Translations under genes and position numbers: made by a program
The notes under the pieces: generated by a model
The model's database searches: none
Seen by the model: only the letters and a program-made list of their open reading frames with translations
What the model was told of the DNA's origin: nothing
In this document: positions 63,151-64,000 of the stretch, piece after piece
Layout of the letters: every line of letters starts with the position of its first letter
How positions within the stretch are numbered: position 1 is the first letter of the stretch
DNA from: Octopus bimaculoides
Lineage: Eukaryota
NCBI RefSeq assembly: GCF_001194135.2
Contig: NC_068985.1
Coordinates: forward strand, 119,224,310 to 119,288,309
DNA: 64,000 bases
Reading direction: 5' to 3'

Positions 63151-63940
63151 CTCTTTTATAGTGATTTGCATTATATTTAGTTTATTTTATTTTCTTTTTC
63201 TCTGTGTGCATGATTTTCACAGATTGTGCTGAAACCATTTTTGGGCCTACTTGTTTACCTATATGCTTGTCTGTGTCATGTGAGTATGGTGTGGGAACGG
63301 GGGTTTGTGTCACACTTAGATGCGACATTGTACGATAATTGTTTATAAGCAGTGGCTTCTTTTCATGTCTGTGAAAACTTGTCTGGTTATGGAGGAAATA
63401 TTACCTTACTTGCAATGGTTGGTGACAGGAAGGTCATCCAGCTATATAAACTTTGCCCCAACATCCCAACATGTCACTCAGAATTCTGGGTGATTCAAGT
63501 AAGCATGGATAAGTAATCATTAAAACAATGATGATGATACATATATGACGAGCTTTTTTCAGTTTCCATCTACCAAATTTACTCAAGGCTTAGAGGTTGG
63601 TTTGGGGCTGTGATAGAAGACACTTATGTTGTGCTAAATAAACTGTTTTTTGTTTGTTTCAGCATGGATGTCTGTTTTTTTTTTTATAACTTTTTGTTTC
63701 ATATTAGTATATATTTTTGTTGAGAAAGAAAGAAATAAGCATAGATTGTACTGTCAAGGCACATAGTTCCTTATTCACATGTACCCCTTCTCTAAATAAG
63801 GTGCAATGCAATGGTTTATGGTCATAGGGTTCATTTTTGTCGTTTATTACCTTAAGCTCAGTTAGTCTTTCTCTTTCATCTTTTTTCTAATTAAATAGTT
63901 TGATTGGTTAATTTGCATTATTCTTTTTATTTAATTTCAG

Positions 63941-64000
63941 TTTGGAAAAGGAAGTAAGGACCTGTGCATTGAACATTGCAGGTGAATGTAGTCCCGGTTC
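63941..64000 (+). CDS. Next exon (phase-2 start, continues past the window end): (D)LEKEVRTCALNIAGECSPG
   Basis: Acceptor ATTCTTTTTATTTAATTTCAG|; open in the frame required by the upstream exon; repeats the C-x8-C-x7-C spacing. Confidence 0.85.

Overview
AT-rich, microsatellite-riddled eukaryotic scaffold with about a dozen N-gaps. The SINE families and repeat landscape look like octopus (coleoid cephalopod) DNA; this is inferred by recognition, not by a search. One host gene is supported, on the + strand. It has a probable signal-peptide first exon at 30926-30971 behind a CpG-retaining promoter, and three spliced, phase-consistent exons at 57960-58069, 61158-61275 and 63941 to beyond the window end. 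These encode an uncharacterised Cys-rich, probably secreted protein with an internal C-x8-C-x7-C duplication (DUF19/DUF1397-like fold guessed). The exon linking exon 1 to 57960 was not found and may lie in a gap. None of these exons is in the supplied ORF track. The rest is transposon debris: Ty3/Gypsy relics (one circularly permuted around a single LTR), CR1/L2-like, R4/Dong-like and RTE LINE fragments, a Penelope-like GIY-YIG fragment, hammerhead-like PLE motifs, Tc1, mariner and DD37D relics, a hAT fragment, a Merlin transposase pseudogene, two Merlin-type fold-back MITEs with 8-bp TSDs, a Helentron-type HINE and many tRNA-derived SINEs. No rRNA, bona fide tRNA or CRISPR array is supported. 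Most ORF-track entries are microsatellite or N-gap artefacts.
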